Shown here: positions 60,979-64,000 of the stretch, piece by piece
Numbering within the stretch: the stretch's first letter is position 1
How the letters are laid out: the number at the start of each line of letters is the position of its first letter
Assembly (NCBI RefSeq): GCF_006345805.1
Contig: NW_021832418.1
Coordinates: forward strand, 1 to 64,000
Origin: Octopus sinensis
Lineage: Eukaryota
Reading direction: 5' to 3'
DNA: 64,000 nucleotides
Notes under the pieces: generated by a model
The model's database searches: none
What the model was told of the DNA's origin: nothing
The model's input: only the letters and a program-made list of their open reading frames with translations
Made by a program: the position numbers and the translations under genes

Positions 60979-61124
60979 GGAGTAAACACATAAATGTGAA
61001 ACAAGGTGGAAAAAAGAGTACTCAAATACCAGTGTTAGAGTAATATGCTTTATTTAAAGCAGCAGAAAATTCAACAAAACCTGTTACTCTGAGTTTTGTT
61101 GAATTTTCTGCTGCTTTAAATAAA
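60977..61124. mobile_element. Penelope-like end with an inverted duplication (32-bp perfect hairpin)
   Basis: Arms 61049-61080 and 61093-61124 with a 12-nt loop; homologous to 51181-51334. Confidence 0.8.
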
Positions 61125-61128
61125 TAAA

Positions 61129-61207
<79 letters not shown>

Positions 61208-61275
61208 TTATCTATCTCTCTCTCTATATATATATATATATTATATAATAGGTAGATATATGTTCCCATGTTCAT

Positions 61276-61315
<40 letters not shown>

Positions 61316-61499
61316 GCACGCATATTTATATACATACATACCCCTCACACACATATATTTATAAATATATATATTCGTCTTTTCAACATTCCATCTGCAG
61401 CCATCACTCCCCTCCACACCGCGTTATATTATCGTTCATTTGGGTTATTATATATTATCTTGCATTTTTTAAGGGAGGGAATATACAACTCGTCATGAA

Positions 61500-61940
61500 T
61501 GACAATAATAATAATAATAATAATATGATGATGATGATGATGATATGATGATTGATGATGATGATGATGATGATGATGATATAATAATAATAATAATATA
61601 ATATAAAATAATAATAATAATAATATTCTAATTAATAATAATGATATGATGAAATAATAATAATAATAATAAAGATATATAATATATAATAATAGATGAT
61701 GTGATATGATGATGATGATGATGTGAATGAGTGATGATGATGATGATGAGAATAATATATAAACTAATATATAATAATAATAATATAATAATAATATAAT
61801 AATAATAATAATATGATATGATGATATAATAATAAGATAATAATAATTAATAAATATACTAATAATAAGAATAATAATCAATAAATAATATAATAATAAT
61901 GATAATAATAACAATTGCAACAACAATAACAACAACTCAA
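61500..61940. repeat. Degenerate (AAT)n/(GAT)n tract
   Basis: Read directly from the sequence. Confidence 0.9.
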
Positions 61941-62493
61941 CTACACAATTATATCGATAATCAAAATAAACAACAAGAATACTCAGGAGTGAAGTGAATG
62001 AGATAGAATGTAACGTAGGATGAAATTTCTCAGAATACAGATGTCTGTGTGTTTAACAAACAAACAAACAAACAACAACGGGTAACAATGGTAATTACTA
62101 CAAGTTAATAAGGATAAGAACGAGTAATAATAATCACAACAACAACAATGATAATAATAATAATGATGGTAATAATAACAACAAAAACAACAACTATAAT
62201 TGTGATAACAACATTGATGATATTGATAGGAGCAATAACTACGAGGGTGATATTGACGTTGATGATAGTGATGATGTGTTCAAAATCTAAACGTCTATTA
62301 ATGGAATGTTTCTATTTGAGAAGAATAAAAAAAAAAACTTGATGCGTTTTTTAATTTTTTTTTTATCTTATTCTTCCATGATATATCTATTTTTTTTTAT
62401 TCTTTTCAGATTGTCTTTCTTTTGAGAGTCATTTGTGTGAAAATATTTCTCATTAATTCCACTTGAATATATGCCAATGTATCCTGGTCTACC

Positions 62494-62539
<46 letters not shown>

Positions 62540-62707
62540 CACATACACACACACACAGACACACACACACACTAACACACACACAAGTGTATATACCTGT
62601 ATATATATGTATGTATCTGATTATGTATAGACTCAGAATTCAATTAAATTCATCCATGTTTATATCTATTCATGCACACATACTCACACGCATACTCACA
62701 CGCACAC

Positions 62708-62742
<35 letters not shown>

Positions 62743-63177
62743 CATATATATGAATATGTACATATATATATATATACATATGTATGTATATATATACACA
62801 CATATATGAATATATATATATATACATACGTCTGTGTGTATTGTGTTAAGAGTATTTCTAAAATAATGTAATTTTGTAAGCATGATAGATGGTTAAGTGA
62901 ATATATATATATATATATATATCTATATATATAATATATATATATAGTATCTATATACATATTCATGGCCAGATAGATAGGTAGATAGATAACACCGAAT
63001 ATACCAAAATATTCTGAAGGAATTTGGTTTCATTACTTAAGAAATCTTCAGGTGAAATCGATAAATATCCTCTATCGTTTTTTCTGAGATACTTTGTTCC
63101 CCAAAAATATTTTTACTACAATGCATAAATTAAATTTATATCTATCTATCTGTACAATGTGTACATTTATACATAAA

Positions 63178-63213
<36 letters not shown>

Positions 63214-63554
63214 TGTGTGTGTGTGTGTATGTGTGTGTGTGAGTATGTGTGAGTATGTGTTTGCATGTGTGTGTTTGCATGTGTGTGTTTGCATGTATAT
63301 ATACATATATATATATGCAAACACACACATACACACACATATGGTGACGGTGAGCTAACCGAAACTTCGAAGTTACTGTTAACCTTTTTCTTACAAAATA
63401 TATGTACTTTACAAAACATTTTTTTAGTAATACTTAAGTTTAATGTGAAATCATTTTTATATATACACAGTCAGGTGTTAAGATCGTGCACACCAATACA
63501 TTGATACGTACTTATGTATATATTACATGTGTACATATATCATTTATGTTTTTC

Positions 63555-63625
63555 ATTTACCTGTTTCAGTCATTAAATCATGGCCATGCTGGGGTAATGC
63601 TTTCTAGTCGAGCGAATGGACCCCA
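63555..63625 (-). mobile_element. SINE family B / CR1-type tail fragment
   Basis: ctgtttcagtcatt...ggccatgctgggg...tagtcgagcgaatggacccca. Confidence 0.65.
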
Positions 63626-63651
63626 GTGACTAAACGTAGACTCATAAACAT

Positions 63652-63685
<34 letters not shown>

Positions 63686-64000
63686 TACTGCTCCGTGATG
63701 GTAAGATCAACAAAACGATAAAAGTACTGCTGTGAGGTAAATATTATTTAATAAATACAATATTTAGCTTCATGTACTATTATTCGTTTCATGTGCTGAG
63801 AACATGCTAGATATTATTTTATAACACATCTGGTGTCCCAGCACAATCATCAGGTACTTCTCACATGGCATATGGAACTGATGATTGTACAGGGGCACCA
63901 GATATCTTTGGCATATAGATAATGAGGACGACAGATATTACTACATCCATCAACGCCAACGCCGCCGCCGCCGCTGCCACATTCACCCCCACCCCTACCC

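Overview
Eukaryotic, AT-rich DNA packed with microsatellites, almost certainly from an octopus (coleoid cephalopod). That assignment rests on my recall of octopus SINE families and needs a database check. I can support no host protein-coding gene; the window looks like deep intron or intergenic DNA. Most ORFs in the supplied track are translations of simple repeats. The recognisable content is a layered transposon landscape. LINE fragments come from four clades: CR1, RTE, Tx1/L1 and R4/Dong-type restriction-like-endonuclease elements. There are also Penelope-like elements (two decayed GIY-YIG domains), one full-length decayed mariner, mariner MITEs, five Helitron-like elements and four tRNA-derived SINE families (called A to D here). 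A 165-bp satellite with trimeric higher-order structure is present. Highlights read from the sequence: (1) three SINE families each share their 3' tail with a different LINE clade in this window, including an unusual Tx1-type partner; (2) type I hammerhead ribozyme motifs occur in Penelope-like units, two with fully canonical cores; (3) LINE families sit in clade-specific microsatellites: Tx1 in (ATCT)n, R4-like in (ACAT)n and Penelope-like ends at (TA)n; (4) one RTE derivative fuses the endonuclease directly to a triple C2H2 zinc-finger tail.
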